Source of the DNA: Patescibacteria group bacterium
GTDB lineage: Bacteria > Patescibacteriota > Microgenomatia > UBA1406 > HO2-37-13b
Direction of reading: 5' to 3'
Assembly: GCA_035289305.1 (NCBI GenBank)
Contig: DATDXN010000016.1
Coordinates: 18,315-82,314, forward strand
DNA: 64,000 nt
Shown in pieces: positions 1 to 8,712 of this stretch (position 1 is the first letter of the stretch; each line of letters begins with the position of its first letter). The translations under genes and the position numbers were made by a program. The notes beneath the pieces are model-generated. The model was not told the DNA's origin and searched no databases. It worked only from the letters and a program-made list of their open reading frames with translations.

Positions 1-162
1 ACAACATCATTTTCTTTTAGGGATAATTTTTCGTTGTGCGCTTTATACCGTTTGTGCTTTTTTATCGTTTTTTTATAGAGTGGATGCTGAAATACCCTCT
101 CCACTTCAACCACCACTGTTTTTTGCCCTTTTGTTGAAACTACTTTTCCCTGTAGTACCTTG
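1..162 (-). CDS. rpsQ: 30S ribosomal protein S17, partial (3' end runs off the window start)
   Basis: Reverse-strand translation from the ATG at 160-162 gives MAKVLQGKVVSTKGQKTVVVEVERVFQHPLYKKTIKKHK..., an S17-like N-terminus. It lies directly downstream of rpmC, as in the S10 operon. Confidence 0.8.
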
Positions 163-182
163 GCCATAGTATTTTTTGAAAA

Positions 183-380
183 TCACTCACTTTTCTCGCC
201 TAAAATGGTTAAAATGCGAGCCAGTCTTTTCCTTTTTTTCATGATGCTATTGGTGTCTTTTTGTGGATTTATTCCCCTCTCAATCGTGAGCTTTGCAATC
301 TCGGTGCGCAAAGCTATACTCTCTGCTTTTAGCTCTTCTACCGATTTACTTTTAAGGTCTTGCATGTCTTTTTTAGTCAT
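183..380 (-). CDS. rpmC: 50S ribosomal protein L29
   Basis: The 65-aa ORF MTKKDMQDLKSKSVEELKAESIALRTEIAKL... has the L29 helical pattern. It sits between rplP and rpsQ. Confidence 0.85.
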   Translation of the reverse strand: MTKKDMQDLKSKSVEELKAESIALRTEIAKLTIERGINPQKDTNSIMKKRKRLARILTILGEKSE

Positions 381-386
381 ACGATT

Positions 387-794
387 TTATTGTTTTTTGA
401 TAATTTTCGTCTTGACGGGCAACTTGCTTGCAACACTTTTGAGCGCGACACGTGCCTCCACTTCAGGTACACCATCAATTTCAAAAAGAACTCGTCCGGG
501 AGAAACAACACTCACAAAATATGCTACCTCTCCTTTTCCAGCTCCCATGGTTACCTCGGGTGGTTTTTTGGTATATGGCTTATCGGGAAAAATACGCATC
601 CAAAATTTTCCTGTCTTTCGTGTCGTTCGCGCCAATATAAGTCGAGCTGCCTCAATTTGTCGATCCTTGATAAAACCTGCTTCGATTGATTTGAGACCAA
701 TGCCCCCAAATTCTAAAGCATTTCCTTTTATAGCGATTTTGCGCCATACACCCCGAAATGCCTTTCTGTATTTTTGTCTTTTTGGTGCCAACAT
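387..794 (-). CDS. rplP: 50S ribosomal protein L16
   Basis: The 135-aa ORF MLAPKRQKYRKAFRG...RIFPDKPYTKKP...GKGEVAYFV matches the L16 consensus. Confidence 0.95.
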   Translation of the reverse strand: MLAPKRQKYRKAFRGVWRKIAIKGNALEFGGIGLKSIEAGFIKDRQIEAARLILARTTRKTGKFWMRIFPDKPYTKKPPEVTMGAGKGEVAYFVSVVSPGRVLFEIDGVPEVEARVALKSVASKLPVKTKIIKKQ

Positions 795-809
795 TGTATA
801 AATTAAAAA

Positions 810-1460
810 TTAAAAATTTTTACGTGCGATCCAAACTTTCACGCCGATATACCCTGATCGTGTCAGAGCTGGAAAACGCGCAAAATCAATGTCTTCACGC
901 ACAGTTGACATTGGGACAGTTCCTTCATAGTACTTTTCGCGGCGTGAAATGGCAGCGCCCGCAATCCTTCCTCCCAGTTGAATTTTCACACCCTTTGCTC
1001 CAGCTTCCATCACCCTGTCCATCGAATGATGAATAATTATTCTATGGGGTAATTGTCTCACGAGCTTTCCGGCAATATCGTGGGCTACGAATTGAGCGTT
1101 GAGATAGGGTTTTTTCACTGGTTCAATCTTTATATCGATTTTTGTTTTCTGTTTCTTGACTGTTTTTCTCCCTATAACATCCTGCGCGAAACGCTTAATC
1201 TCCTCAAGCCCTTTCCCGCCTCGCCCGATAATCATACCGGGTTTGACTGCATGGATAATAAGTCCGATTTTATTGATTGCGCGTTCTATCTCAACTTGAA
1301 CAACATCAGCAAAGCTGAATCTTTTCGTTATCCCTGTTCGTATGGCAATATCATTCAACAGAGCCTCCTTATAGACTTTTTTGTTCCCAAAAATCCATCG
1401 AGAGTCCCATGTTGTTAATATTCCCAGTCGCAATCCTTTTGGATGTACTTTTTGTCCCAT
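810..1460 (-). CDS. rpsC: 30S ribosomal protein S3
   Basis: The 216-aa ORF starts MGQKVHPKGLRLGI... and has a KH-domain pattern. It is in the canonical position. Confidence 0.95.
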   Translation of the reverse strand: MGQKVHPKGLRLGILTTWDSRWIFGNKKVYKEALLNDIAIRTGITKRFSFADVVQVEIERAINKIGLIIHAVKPGMIIGRGGKGLEEIKRFAQDVIGRKTVKKQKTKIDIKIEPVKKPYLNAQFVAHDIAGKLVRQLPHRIIIHHSMDRVMEAGAKGVKIQLGGRIAGAAISRREKYYEGTVPMSTVREDIDFARFPALTRSGYIGVKVWIARKNF

Positions 1461-1477
1461 AGGTTCTATTTAAAAAA

Positions 1478-1843
1478 TTATTTTTTCTCCTTTTTTTCTG
1501 ACCCTTCGTCCTTTGGCACTAAAACAATGTTAATATGCGCCCCTTTCCGCTTGAAGGGTTTTGCAGTACCCCTCCCGCCCATTCTGTATCTTTTCAGCCT
1601 CGGCCCTTCATCAATAGAAAAGGTCTTAAATTGTACCATGCGCGCATCCTTTTTTAAAGTGCTTGCGGCATTGGAAAAAGCTGATTTCAGTGCTTTATAC
1701 AAAATTCTTGCACCGCGTTTTGGGCTGTATAAAAGCATATCAAGCGCTGCTTCCGGCTCCATCTTTTTTATTTCTACAATAAGAAAACGCAGTTTCTTGG
1801 GTGAAATGCGAACGCCGGTAATGTGTGTATGTGATTCACTCAT
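1478..1843 (-). CDS. rplV: 50S ribosomal protein L22
   Basis: The 121-aa ORF ...ISPKKLRFLIVEIKKM..ALDML...IDEGPRLKRYRMGGRG aligns to L22. Confidence 0.9.
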   Translation of the reverse strand: MSESHTHITGVRISPKKLRFLIVEIKKMEPEAALDMLLYSPKRGARILYKALKSAFSNAASTLKKDARMVQFKTFSIDEGPRLKRYRMGGRGTAKPFKRKGAHINIVLVPKDEGSEKKEKK

Positions 1844-1850
1844 ACTATTT

Positions 1851-2594
1851 TTATTTTCTCCTCTTTACGATAAACTTATTACTCCATTTGTTTCTTTTTC
1901 TTGTTCTTGTGCCTCGCGCGCTCTTCCCCCATGGGGTTTTTGGCGTCATGCCTTCTCCTGTCTTTCCCTCTCCTCCTCCATGAGGATGCGAGCGTGGATT
2001 TTGTGCGACACCCCGCACGGTAGGCCGTATACCCATAAGACGGGCGCGACCAGCTTTGCCGATTTTCTCGAGTTTGTGGCCGATGTTGCTTATCTGACCA
2101 ATGGTCACCCAACAATCAAGCATAATTTTTCTCACTTCTTTTGACGGAAGCCTGATATCCGCATATGTGTCATCTTTTGCAATAACCACTGCGTAATTTC
2201 CAGCACTTTTCGCTATCTGTCCACCCTTTGAAGGATACAGTTCTATATTGTGAATAAATGTACCCAAGGGAATATTTTTCAAAACGGTCGCATTGCCGGG
2301 TCGAATTGGTGCATTTTCACTTGATATGATTGCATCGCCCTTTTTCACACCTTCTGGATGCAGTATATATCGTCGTTCACCATCCTTATATGCAACAAGC
2401 GCAATATATGCAGTTCTGTTGGGATCGTATTCGATACCAATGATTTTTCCTTCATTATCTCGCTTATCGCGTTTGAAATCCATCATGCGATAATATCGTT
2501 TTTGTCTGCCTCCTTGATGACGAACAGAAACATGACCTTTTTGGTCTCTTCCTGAATGTTTCTTCAAAATGGTGATGAGTCTTTTTTCAGGCAT
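1851..2594 (-). CDS. rplB: 50S ribosomal protein L2
   Basis: Contains RHQGGRQKRYYRMMDFKR...YDPNRTAYIALV...NPRSHPHGGGEGK. The ORF track extends to 2717, but the internal Met at 2594 gives a normal L2 N-terminus and abuts the rplW stop. Confidence 0.93.
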   Translation of the reverse strand: MPEKRLITILKKHSGRDQKGHVSVRHQGGRQKRYYRMMDFKRDKRDNEGKIIGIEYDPNRTAYIALVAYKDGERRYILHPEGVKKGDAIISSENAPIRPGNATVLKNIPLGTFIHNIELYPSKGGQIAKSAGNYAVVIAKDDTYADIRLPSKEVRKIMLDCWVTIGQISNIGHKLEKIGKAGRARLMGIRPTVRGVAQNPRSHPHGGGEGKTGEGMTPKTPWGKSARGTRTRKRNKWSNKFIVKRRK

Positions 2595-2599
2595 ATTTT

Positions 2600-2887
2600 T
2601 CACGTCTGCGGGAAAAGATTGATCTTTCCTTTTGAAACTTTTATATACGCCATTTTTCGATCGGGTTGTTTTTTGGAGACCATTTTCCTTCCCTTTTTTC
2701 GCACTTTTCCCTCGCAAATAGCAGTGCGAACGCCCGAAACCGTGACGGAAAAAAGAAGCTCTACAGCTTCTTTGATCTGTCTTTTTTGCGCATGAGGATG
2801 AACCTCAAATGTATAGACTGATTCTTTTACTTTTTGCATCGCTCTTTCAGTGATGATTGGTCTGTAAATAACTTCGTTAATTTTCAT
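2600..2887 (-). CDS. rplW: 50S ribosomal protein L23
   Basis: The ORF reads [18 protein letters not shown]...TFEVHPHAQKRQIKEAVE. The start is taken at the internal Met; the ORF track extends to 2902. Confidence 0.85.
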   Translation of the reverse strand: MKINEVIYRPIITERAMQKVKESVYTFEVHPHAQKRQIKEAVELLFSVTVSGVRTAICEGKVRKKGRKMVSKKQPDRKMAYIKVSKGKINLFPQT

Positions 2888-3599
2888 GGTGTCTTTTTTC
2901 AAGAACTGCTAAACTTTCTTTGGCGAGGAGTATTTTTCGAGCTTTAAGCATCGCGTATGGGTTTACCGTTTGAGCATCAGCAAATTCCACATATGAAACG
3001 TTTCGTCCTCCCTGTCTCATATGCTCAAATCCCTTCTCTGGCAAAACAACGAGCACTCTTTTTTTCTCACCTGACGCAAAATGATCAAGTACTTTGCACG
3101 TCTCTTTTGTGCGCGGTTTGATTTCTGAAAATCCCGAAACAACCTGAATATCACCGGCACTGAATTTTTGGGAAAGTACTGCAAAAAAAACACGTCTCTT
3201 TTGTTTTTTGTTCATGGTGAGTGAGAAATCGCGAGGTTTGGGTCCATGTGCTACTCCTCCGCCGACGAAAATCGGTGCTTTGATAGGACCGTGTCTGGCT
3301 CGGCCAGTACCCTTTTGGCGGTAAATTTTCCGTGTCGACCCCGCTACTTCTCCCCGCGTTTTAGTCGAGATAGTGCCTTGTCGCTGACAAGCTAAATAGA
3401 CACGTATGTATTGTGCAATAAGTTTGTCTGACCCCTTTTCTTCAAATATTTTTTTCGGCAATGCTACACGCTCGACCTCCTGTCCCACCGTATTATATAT
3501 CGGTATACCAGCTTCTTCTTTTTTTACCGGCCCATTCTTTTTTTCACCTACAGAACTTTTTGTTGTGACTTCTTTTGGTGTTTTTTTTGCGGGTGACAT
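2877..3599 (-). CDS. rplD: 50S ribosomal protein L4
   Basis: The 240-aa ORF ...[32 protein letters not shown]... carries the L4 signature. Confidence 0.9.
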   Translation of the reverse strand: MSPAKKTPKEVTTKSSVGEKKNGPVKKEEAGIPIYNTVGQEVERVALPKKIFEEKGSDKLIAQYIRVYLACQRQGTISTKTRGEVAGSTRKIYRQKGTGRARHGPIKAPIFVGGGVAHGPKPRDFSLTMNKKQKRRVFFAVLSQKFSAGDIQVVSGFSEIKPRTKETCKVLDHFASGEKKRVLVVLPEKGFEHMRQGGRNVSYVEFADAQTVNPYAMLKARKILLAKESLAVLEKRHHEN

Positions 3600-3602
3600 A
3601 TA

Positions 3603-4286
3603 TTAAAAATAGGATTCATGTGAAATAACCGTAATAACTCCCCCCTGTGCTCCAGGGACAAGTCCTGCTACTACTAACTCATCATCTTTTGCCTCAACTA
3701 CCCGCAGACCCTTCACAGTGACTGTATCTCCTCCCATTCTACCTGCCATTCGTTTCCCCTTGTACACTCGTCCAGGGGTCGTGGTTTGTCCGATTGACCC
3801 GGGTGCGCGCTCACGGTCAGACTGTCCATGTGTCCGTGGGCCTCCTTTGAAACGATGGCGCCTTACCACTCCCTGAAACCCTTTACCTTTTGATACACCG
3901 GTCACAACGATCGGATCATTTTTTGCAAAAAGAAGAGAAGGAGTAATTTCTGATCCGGCAAATAATTCGTGTTGACCGACTTTAATTCCCTGTTTTCCTT
4001 CTTTCTCAATAAATGAGATTCCATTTTTCTTATCAAGCCGTATCTCGCGAAAAAAACGAAGCGGGTCTTTGATGCCCGCTTTTTTCAAAATTCCGGCGCG
4101 TGATTTTTGAATTTTCTTGGTGCCTCCCCATCCAAGAAGGATAGATGTGTATCCATCACGTTGTGGATACTTCACATCAATCACCCTACAGGGACGGGTG
4201 ATAATATGAGTGACTACAATCCGTTTTCCTTTTTCATCAAATGCTGCCTCCGATTTCGATTTTTTACCTACGATAAAACCTTTCAT
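3603..4286 (-). CDS. rplC: 50S ribosomal protein L3
   Basis: The ORF reads MKGFIVGKK...FKGGPRTHGQSDRERAPGSIG. The ATG at 4284-4286 is preferred over the upstream TTG at 4293-4295 given in the ORF track. Confidence 0.9.
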   Translation of the reverse strand: MKGFIVGKKSKSEAAFDEKGKRIVVTHIITRPCRVIDVKYPQRDGYTSILLGWGGTKKIQKSRAGILKKAGIKDPLRFFREIRLDKKNGISFIEKEGKQGIKVGQHELFAGSEITPSLLFAKNDPIVVTGVSKGKGFQGVVRRHRFKGGPRTHGQSDRERAPGSIGQTTTPGRVYKGKRMAGRMGGDTVTVKGLRVVEAKDDELVVAGLVPGAQGGVITVISHESYF

Positions 4287-4293
4287 ACAGAAC

Positions 4294-4318
4294 AAAAAAA
4301 AGCCCCAGATTGGGGCTT
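4294..4318 (-). terminator. Intrinsic-terminator-like hairpin plus U8 in the rplC leader; a possible attenuator
   Basis: Plus strand 4300-4318 is AAGCCCCA-GAT-TGGGGCTT, an 8-bp GC-rich stem, preceded by A8 at 4294-4301. On the minus-strand RNA this reads as a hairpin followed by U8, ending 7 nt before the rplC ATG. Confidence 0.5.
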
Positions 4319-4390
4319 GTCGCTTCCTTCCAATCTGAAAAACTGTGTCAAAAAAACTGCGTGATAAAAATATCTTTTATCATTAATACA

Positions 4391-4419
4391 ATTATATAGT
4401 ATCTTCACGCATGCGTCAA
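4391..4419 (-). promoter_or_regulatory. Sigma-70-like promoter on the minus strand, reading toward rplC
   Basis: The reverse complement gives TTGACG (4419-4414), a 17-nt spacer and TATAAT (4396-4391). The predicted start is near 4384, leaving about 98 nt of leader that contains the hairpin above. Confidence 0.45.
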
Positions 4420-4468
4420 TGAGTAGTTTGACATTGTGTTTTTGGGGCGGTTGCGATACACTATCAAA

Positions 4469-7030
4469 ATGGATACGGGGGAGATTGAGAAACAAGGGCT
4501 TTCGACAAAACACGCCCAAGAACTTCTCAAAATACACGGGTTAAACGAGATACGAGAGAAAAGGGATTTTACTCTTTTTACAGCATTTTTCAGTCAATTT
4601 GACAATTTTTTGATCATTCTTCTTATAGGAGCAGGAATTGTATCATTTCTTTTTGGCGAAAAAATAGACAGTTTTTTTATTTTTTTCATCGTTATTCTTA
4701 ATGCTTTCTTTGGCGTCTATCAAGAATTTAAAGCAGAAAAAGCTATCCAAGCGCTCAAAGTCCTCACGATAAGCACCACCCGTGTCATACGAGACGGGAG
4801 GGAACAAAACATCGATAACAAATACCTTGTGCCCGGAGATATCATATATGTTGAAGAAGGCGCCAAAATCCCCGCAGATTGCCATGTGGTCAAAGCAAGG
4901 CATTTTGAGGTCAATGAATCCTCATTCACCGGAGAATCATTCCCTGTGAGAAAAAACGAAAACAAAAACAATAATCTGCTATATCTCGGAACGGTTGTTG
5001 CAAAAGGAAGAGCATACGCACGAGTAACAAAAATAGGCATGCATACGCGTTTTGGAGAAATTGCGCAAACACTCAAAACTATCAAGGAGAAAAAAACACC
5101 GCTTCAGCGCAAACTCGAAGTCTTTTCAAAACAAGTTGGAATCATTGGTATATGCGCGTCAATCGTGGTATTTTTCCTCTCCTTCATACAAACAAAGACG
5201 TTGTTTGAGAGTTTTCTCTTTGCCGTCAGCCTGGCTGTGGCAGCAGTACCCGAGGGGCTTCCTGCAGTCATGACCATCACCCTTGCGATAGGAGTTGAGC
5301 GCATGAGCAAAAAAAAGGCCATCATCAGGAAATTAAACGCCATAGAAACACTTGGCGCTGTGACGCTTGTTGCAACAGATAAGACTGGAACTCTTACGAC
5401 CAATCAGATGAGTGTGAGAAAAATATGGATTGATAAAAATGTATATGAAGCAAAAACTCCCTCATCCATCTCTCCAGATCATCCATTCAATTTATTTCTT
5501 CTCAATTCAATCCTCTGCTCAACTGCCTCAATTGTCATGAAAGTAAACCATGGAGCATTCGACGTCGTGGGCGACACAACCGAGGGAGCACTGCTTCTTT
5601 TTGCCCATAAAATGAATTACTCACCTGCTGGAATTCGAAAAGAGTGGACAATCCTCGATGAGATGTCTTTTAACCCAGTGACGAAGCGAATGAGCGTTGC
5701 TGTTTCTTCACTCAAAAATCCTCATGAGATGTATGTCTTTAGCAAAGGAGCTCCCGAATCAATTATAGGTATCTGTGACAAAATCATCTGGCGAGGACAA
5801 GAAATAGAATTTGATACAGAGAAAAAAACACTTATTGAAAAGGAATTTCAGTCATTTGCAAAAAAAGGTCTTCGCACGATTGCATTCTCGTATAAAAAGA
5901 AAGATCGCAACCTCCAGTCAAAACAGGTATTTTTGGGATTTGCAGGCATAGCAGATCCTGTGCGAGATGAGGCAAGAGAAGCTGTGGAGAGGGCAAAAAA
6001 AGCAGGAATACGTGTCGTGATGATTACCGGAGACAGCACGCTTACGGCAGAGGCAATCGGAATTGAAGCAGGAATTATCACGCAGGGAGACGATATTCTC
6101 ACCGGTTCCCAAATAGATGCTTCCTCGGACCGGGAGCTTCGTCCTATTCTCGATAAAGTCAAAATATATGCCCGCACGACGCCGGAGCACAAATATCGTC
6201 TGGTCAAGCTTTTGCAGGAAAACAATGTCGTTGCAGTAACTGGAGATGGCGTCAACGATGCCCTCGCGCTTAAACAAGCAGACGTGGGAGTTGCAATGGG
6301 AAAAACAGGAACAGATGTGGCAAAAGAAGCAGCTGATATGATTATCACCGATGACAACTTCGCGACACTCATCAATGCAATTGAGGAAGGACGCAATATC
6401 TTCAATAACATTAAAAATGCCATCAAGTATCTTCTCACGTCAAATACCGCTGAAGTCATCGCAGTTCTTATCACCGTCAGCCTCAAACTACCTATCGTTA
6501 TTACTGCCTTACAAATACTCTATATCAATCTCATAACAGATGGGTTACCTGCACTTTCCCTCGCGTTTTCACCAAAAGATAAAGACATCATGCGCCAAAA
6601 ACCGAGGAAAGCAGAGGCGCTCCTTCAGAAAAAAGACTTTAAATACATCCTCGTAATAGGACTTTTTGGAGGGATACTGACAATTATTTCATTCTTTGTG
6701 GGTATGGGGTTTGATGGCGTGGGATTTGCCCGCACTATGGCTTTTACTACCCTGACACTTATTCAGCCATTTATTCTTCTTGATTTGTGGCTTTCACATC
6801 GCATCATCATTCGCCATTTTAATTTGCTTAAACACCCTGTTTTTTTAAGCTCATTACTTCTTCCGTTTCTCATTCAGCCATTTCTTATATATCAACCGCT
6901 CTTGCAAGATATTTTCAAAACACAGTCTCTTAATCCCTTGTATATTGTGATTGCGTTTTTACTAACGACACTTATTATTCTTCCCATTGAAATAAAAAAG
7001 ATTCTGATGAGGAAAACAGTTACATCTTAA
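4469..7030 (+). CDS. P-type cation-transporting ATPase (P2-type, Ca2+/Mg2+-ATPase-like)
   Basis: Carries the DKTGTLT phosphorylation motif, MITGD, TGDGVNDALALKQADVGVAMG and multiple TM helices. The start is taken at the ATG at 4469; the ORF track begins at a GTG at 4436. Confidence 0.92.
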   Translation: MDTGEIEKQGLSTKHAQELLKIHGLNEIREKRDFTLFTAFFSQFDNFLIILLIGAGIVSFLFGEKIDSFFIFFIVILNAFFGVYQEFKAEKAIQALKVLTISTTRVIRDGREQNIDNKYLVPGDIIYVEEGAKIPADCHVVKARHFEVNESSFTGESFPVRKNENKNNNLLYLGTVVAKGRAYARVTKIGMHTRFGEIAQTLKTIKEKKTPLQRKLEVFSKQVGIIGICASIVVFFLSFIQTKTLFESFLFAVSLAVAAVPEGLPAVMTITLAIGVERMSKKKAIIRKLNAIETLGAVTLVATDKTGTLTTNQMSVRKIWIDKNVYEAKTPSSISPDHPFNLFLLNSILCSTASIVMKVNHGAFDVVGDTTEGALLLFAHKMNYSPAGIRKEWTILDEMSFNPVTKRMSVAVSSLKNPHEMYVFSKGAPESIIGICDKIIWRGQEIEFDTEKKTLIEKEFQSFAKKGLRTIAFSYKKKDRNLQSKQVFLGFAGIADPVRDEAREAVERAKKAGIRVVMITGDSTLTAEAIGIEAGIITQGDDILTGSQIDASSDRELRPILDKVKIYARTTPEHKYRLVKLLQENNVVAVTGDGVNDALALKQADVGVAMGKTGTDVAKEAADMIITDDNFATLINAIEEGRNIFNNIKNAIKYLLTSNTAEVIAVLITVSLKLPIVITALQILYINLITDGLPALSLAFSPKDKDIMRQKPRKAEALLQKKDFKYILVIGLFGGILTIISFFVGMGFDGVGFARTMAFTTLTLIQPFILLDLWLSHRIIIRHFNLLKHPVFLSSLLLPFLIQPFLIYQPLLQDIFKTQSLNPLYIVIAFLLTTLIILPIEIKKILMRKTVTS

Positions 7031-7328
7031 TTTCCACATCAATACCTGCTGGAAGATCAAGATGCATGAGAGAATCAATCGTTTGGTTAGTGGGATTGAT
7101 AATATCAAGAAGCCTCTTGTGGATTTTGAGACCAAAGTATTCTCGACTATCTTTGTCAATAAAGGTTGATTTATTGACGACATATGCCTCTTTTTTTGTC
7201 GGAAGGGGGATGGGCCCCACGATAGAAGCACCAGTCTTTGTGGCAGTATCGACCAATTTTTGACACGTCTCGTCAATGAGACGATGATCAAATGACTTCA
7301 ATTTTATCCGTATCCTTCCTTTTGGCAT
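7020..7328 (-). CDS. rpsJ: 30S ribosomal protein S10
   Basis: The 102-aa ORF MPKGRIRIKLKSFDHRLIDETCQKLVDTATKTGASIVGPIPLPTKK is a classic S10. Confidence 0.95.
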   Translation of the reverse strand: MPKGRIRIKLKSFDHRLIDETCQKLVDTATKTGASIVGPIPLPTKKEAYVVNKSTFIDKDSREYFGLKIHKRLLDIINPTNQTIDSLMHLDLPAGIDVEIKM

Positions 7329-7366
7329 ATGTAAAAGAGCAAAAAACAGTTAAATCAGTTGTGTAA

Positions 7367-8551
7367 CTATTTAGTGACTTTCGTGACGACTCCCGCACCG
7401 ACCGTATGACCTCCCTCACGGATGGCAAATTTGACACCTTCCTCAAGAGCCACCGGATAAATTAACTTACCCGTGATTTTGATATTATCTCCTGGCATGA
7501 CCATCTCGACTCCCGAAGGAAGCGTTGCCTCACCAGTCACATCAGTAGTCCTTATATAAAATTGTGGTCTGTAGCCAGTGAAAAAGGGCGTGTGACGTCC
7601 ACCTTCTTCTTTGGTCAATACATAAATTTCTGCCTCAAATTCTGTATGAGGTGTGACCGACCCTGGTTTGGCAATGACTTGACCTCGCTCCACCTGCGTT
7701 TTTTCAATTCCTCGAAGTAGAAGGCCGACGTTGTCTCCTGCACGTGCCTCATCAAGGCTTTTCTTGAACATTTCAACACCGGTGATGACGGTCTTTTTGG
7801 TCTCTTTAAGGCCTACGATCTCAATTTCCTCATTGACTTTGAGTATTCCTCGCTCCACTCTTCCCGTCACCACTGTTCCTCTTCCTTGAATGGTGAAAAT
7901 GTCCTCAATAGGCATCAAGAAGGGTTTTTCAGTGTCTCGAATTGGATCGGGGACGTATTCATCAACCGCCTTCATCAGATCTTCGATTGACTTTACCGCA
8001 TCTGCATCTCCTTCAATTGCCTTAAGAGCAGAACCGCGGATTACCGGAATTTTATCACCGGGGAAATTATACTTTTTGAGAAGATCACGAACTTCCATCT
8101 CAACTAGATCAAGAATCTCTTTATCAGATACCATGTCTACCTTGTTCAGGAAAACAACAATCGCAGGAACGTTTACCTGACCGGCAAGGAGGATGTGTTC
8201 TCTTGTTTGGGGCATGGGCCCGTCAGGCGCTGAAACGACCAGTATCGCGCCATCCATTTGTGCAGCACCGGTAATCATATTCTTGATATAATCAGCATGT
8301 CCTGGAGCGTCAATATGGGCATAGTGCCGCTTCTCGGTCTCGTATTCAGAGTGGTGAAGATTGATCGTCACTCCACGAGCTTTTTCCTCGGGCGCTTTAT
8401 CAATTTCTTCGTATTTGAGGACTTGTGCCATTCCTTTTTTTGCCAACACATGATGAATTGCCGACGTAAGCGTCGTCTTGCCATGATCCACATGACCAAT
8501 GGTGCCAATGTTTAAATGAGGCTTGGTTCGCTGAAAAACTCCTTGTGCCAT
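7367..8551 (-). CDS. tuf: Elongation factor Tu
   Basis: The 394-aa ORF contains [22 protein letters not shown] and NKVD. Confidence 0.97.
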   Translation of the reverse strand: MAQGVFQRTKPHLNIGTIGHVDHGKTTLTSAIHHVLAKKGMAQVLKYEEIDKAPEEKARGVTINLHHSEYETEKRHYAHIDAPGHADYIKNMITGAAQMDGAILVVSAPDGPMPQTREHILLAGQVNVPAIVVFLNKVDMVSDKEILDLVEMEVRDLLKKYNFPGDKIPVIRGSALKAIEGDADAVKSIEDLMKAVDEYVPDPIRDTEKPFLMPIEDIFTIQGRGTVVTGRVERGILKVNEEIEIVGLKETKKTVITGVEMFKKSLDEARAGDNVGLLLRGIEKTQVERGQVIAKPGSVTPHTEFEAEIYVLTKEEGGRHTPFFTGYRPQFYIRTTDVTGEATLPSGVEMVMPGDNIKITGKLIYPVALEEGVKFAIREGGHTVGAGVVTKVTK

Positions 8552-8576
8552 ATGTTATTTAAAGTAAAGTCAATAA

Positions 8577-8596
8577 ATCCCGATTTATATCGGGAT
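8577..8596. promoter_or_regulatory. Perfect 8-bp inverted repeat with a 4-nt spacer, in the divergent tuf / membrane-protein intergenic region
   Basis: ATCCCGAT-TTAT-ATCGGGAT read directly from the sequence. It could be an operator or a 5'-UTR hairpin. Confidence 0.35.
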
Positions 8597-8673
8597 AAAA
8601 ATTTTTAATGATATAGACTTACAAATGTAATATTCTAGTACAAACAAATAAAAAAAGCAAATGCAAAAAGCGC

Positions 8674-8702
8674 TTGCAAAGTTATATGCGTTGTTCTACT
8701 AT
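8674..8702 (+). promoter_or_regulatory. Candidate sigma-70-like promoter for the 8713 membrane-protein gene
   Basis: TTGCAA (8674-8679), a 17-nt spacer, then TACTAT (8697-8702). The ATG at 8713 leaves a near-leaderless transcript. Confidence 0.3.
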
Positions 8703-8712
8703 AAAATTAGGT

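Noticed and set aside
1879-2115. 78-aa Arg-rich ORF on the minus strand
   Set aside because: It lies entirely within rplB in an alternative frame. It is a low-complexity translation artefact.
2594-2717. N-terminal extension of the rplB ORF overlapping rplW by 118 nt
   Set aside because: The internal Met at 2594 reproduces the canonical L2 N-terminus and removes the overlap.
4428-4433. TTGACA -35-like hexamer upstream of the ATPase gene
   Set aside because: No acceptable -10 element at 16-19 nt spacing; not called as a promoter.
4283-4537. 84-aa minus-strand ORF spanning the rplC leader and the ATPase start
   Set aside because: It overlaps the predicted promoter, leader and terminator and the 5' end of the ATPase gene. 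No homology; likely spurious.
5848-6486. 212-aa and other antisense ORFs inside the P-type ATPase gene
   Set aside because: They are antisense to a well-supported ATPase reading frame and have low-complexity Ser/Ala-rich translations.
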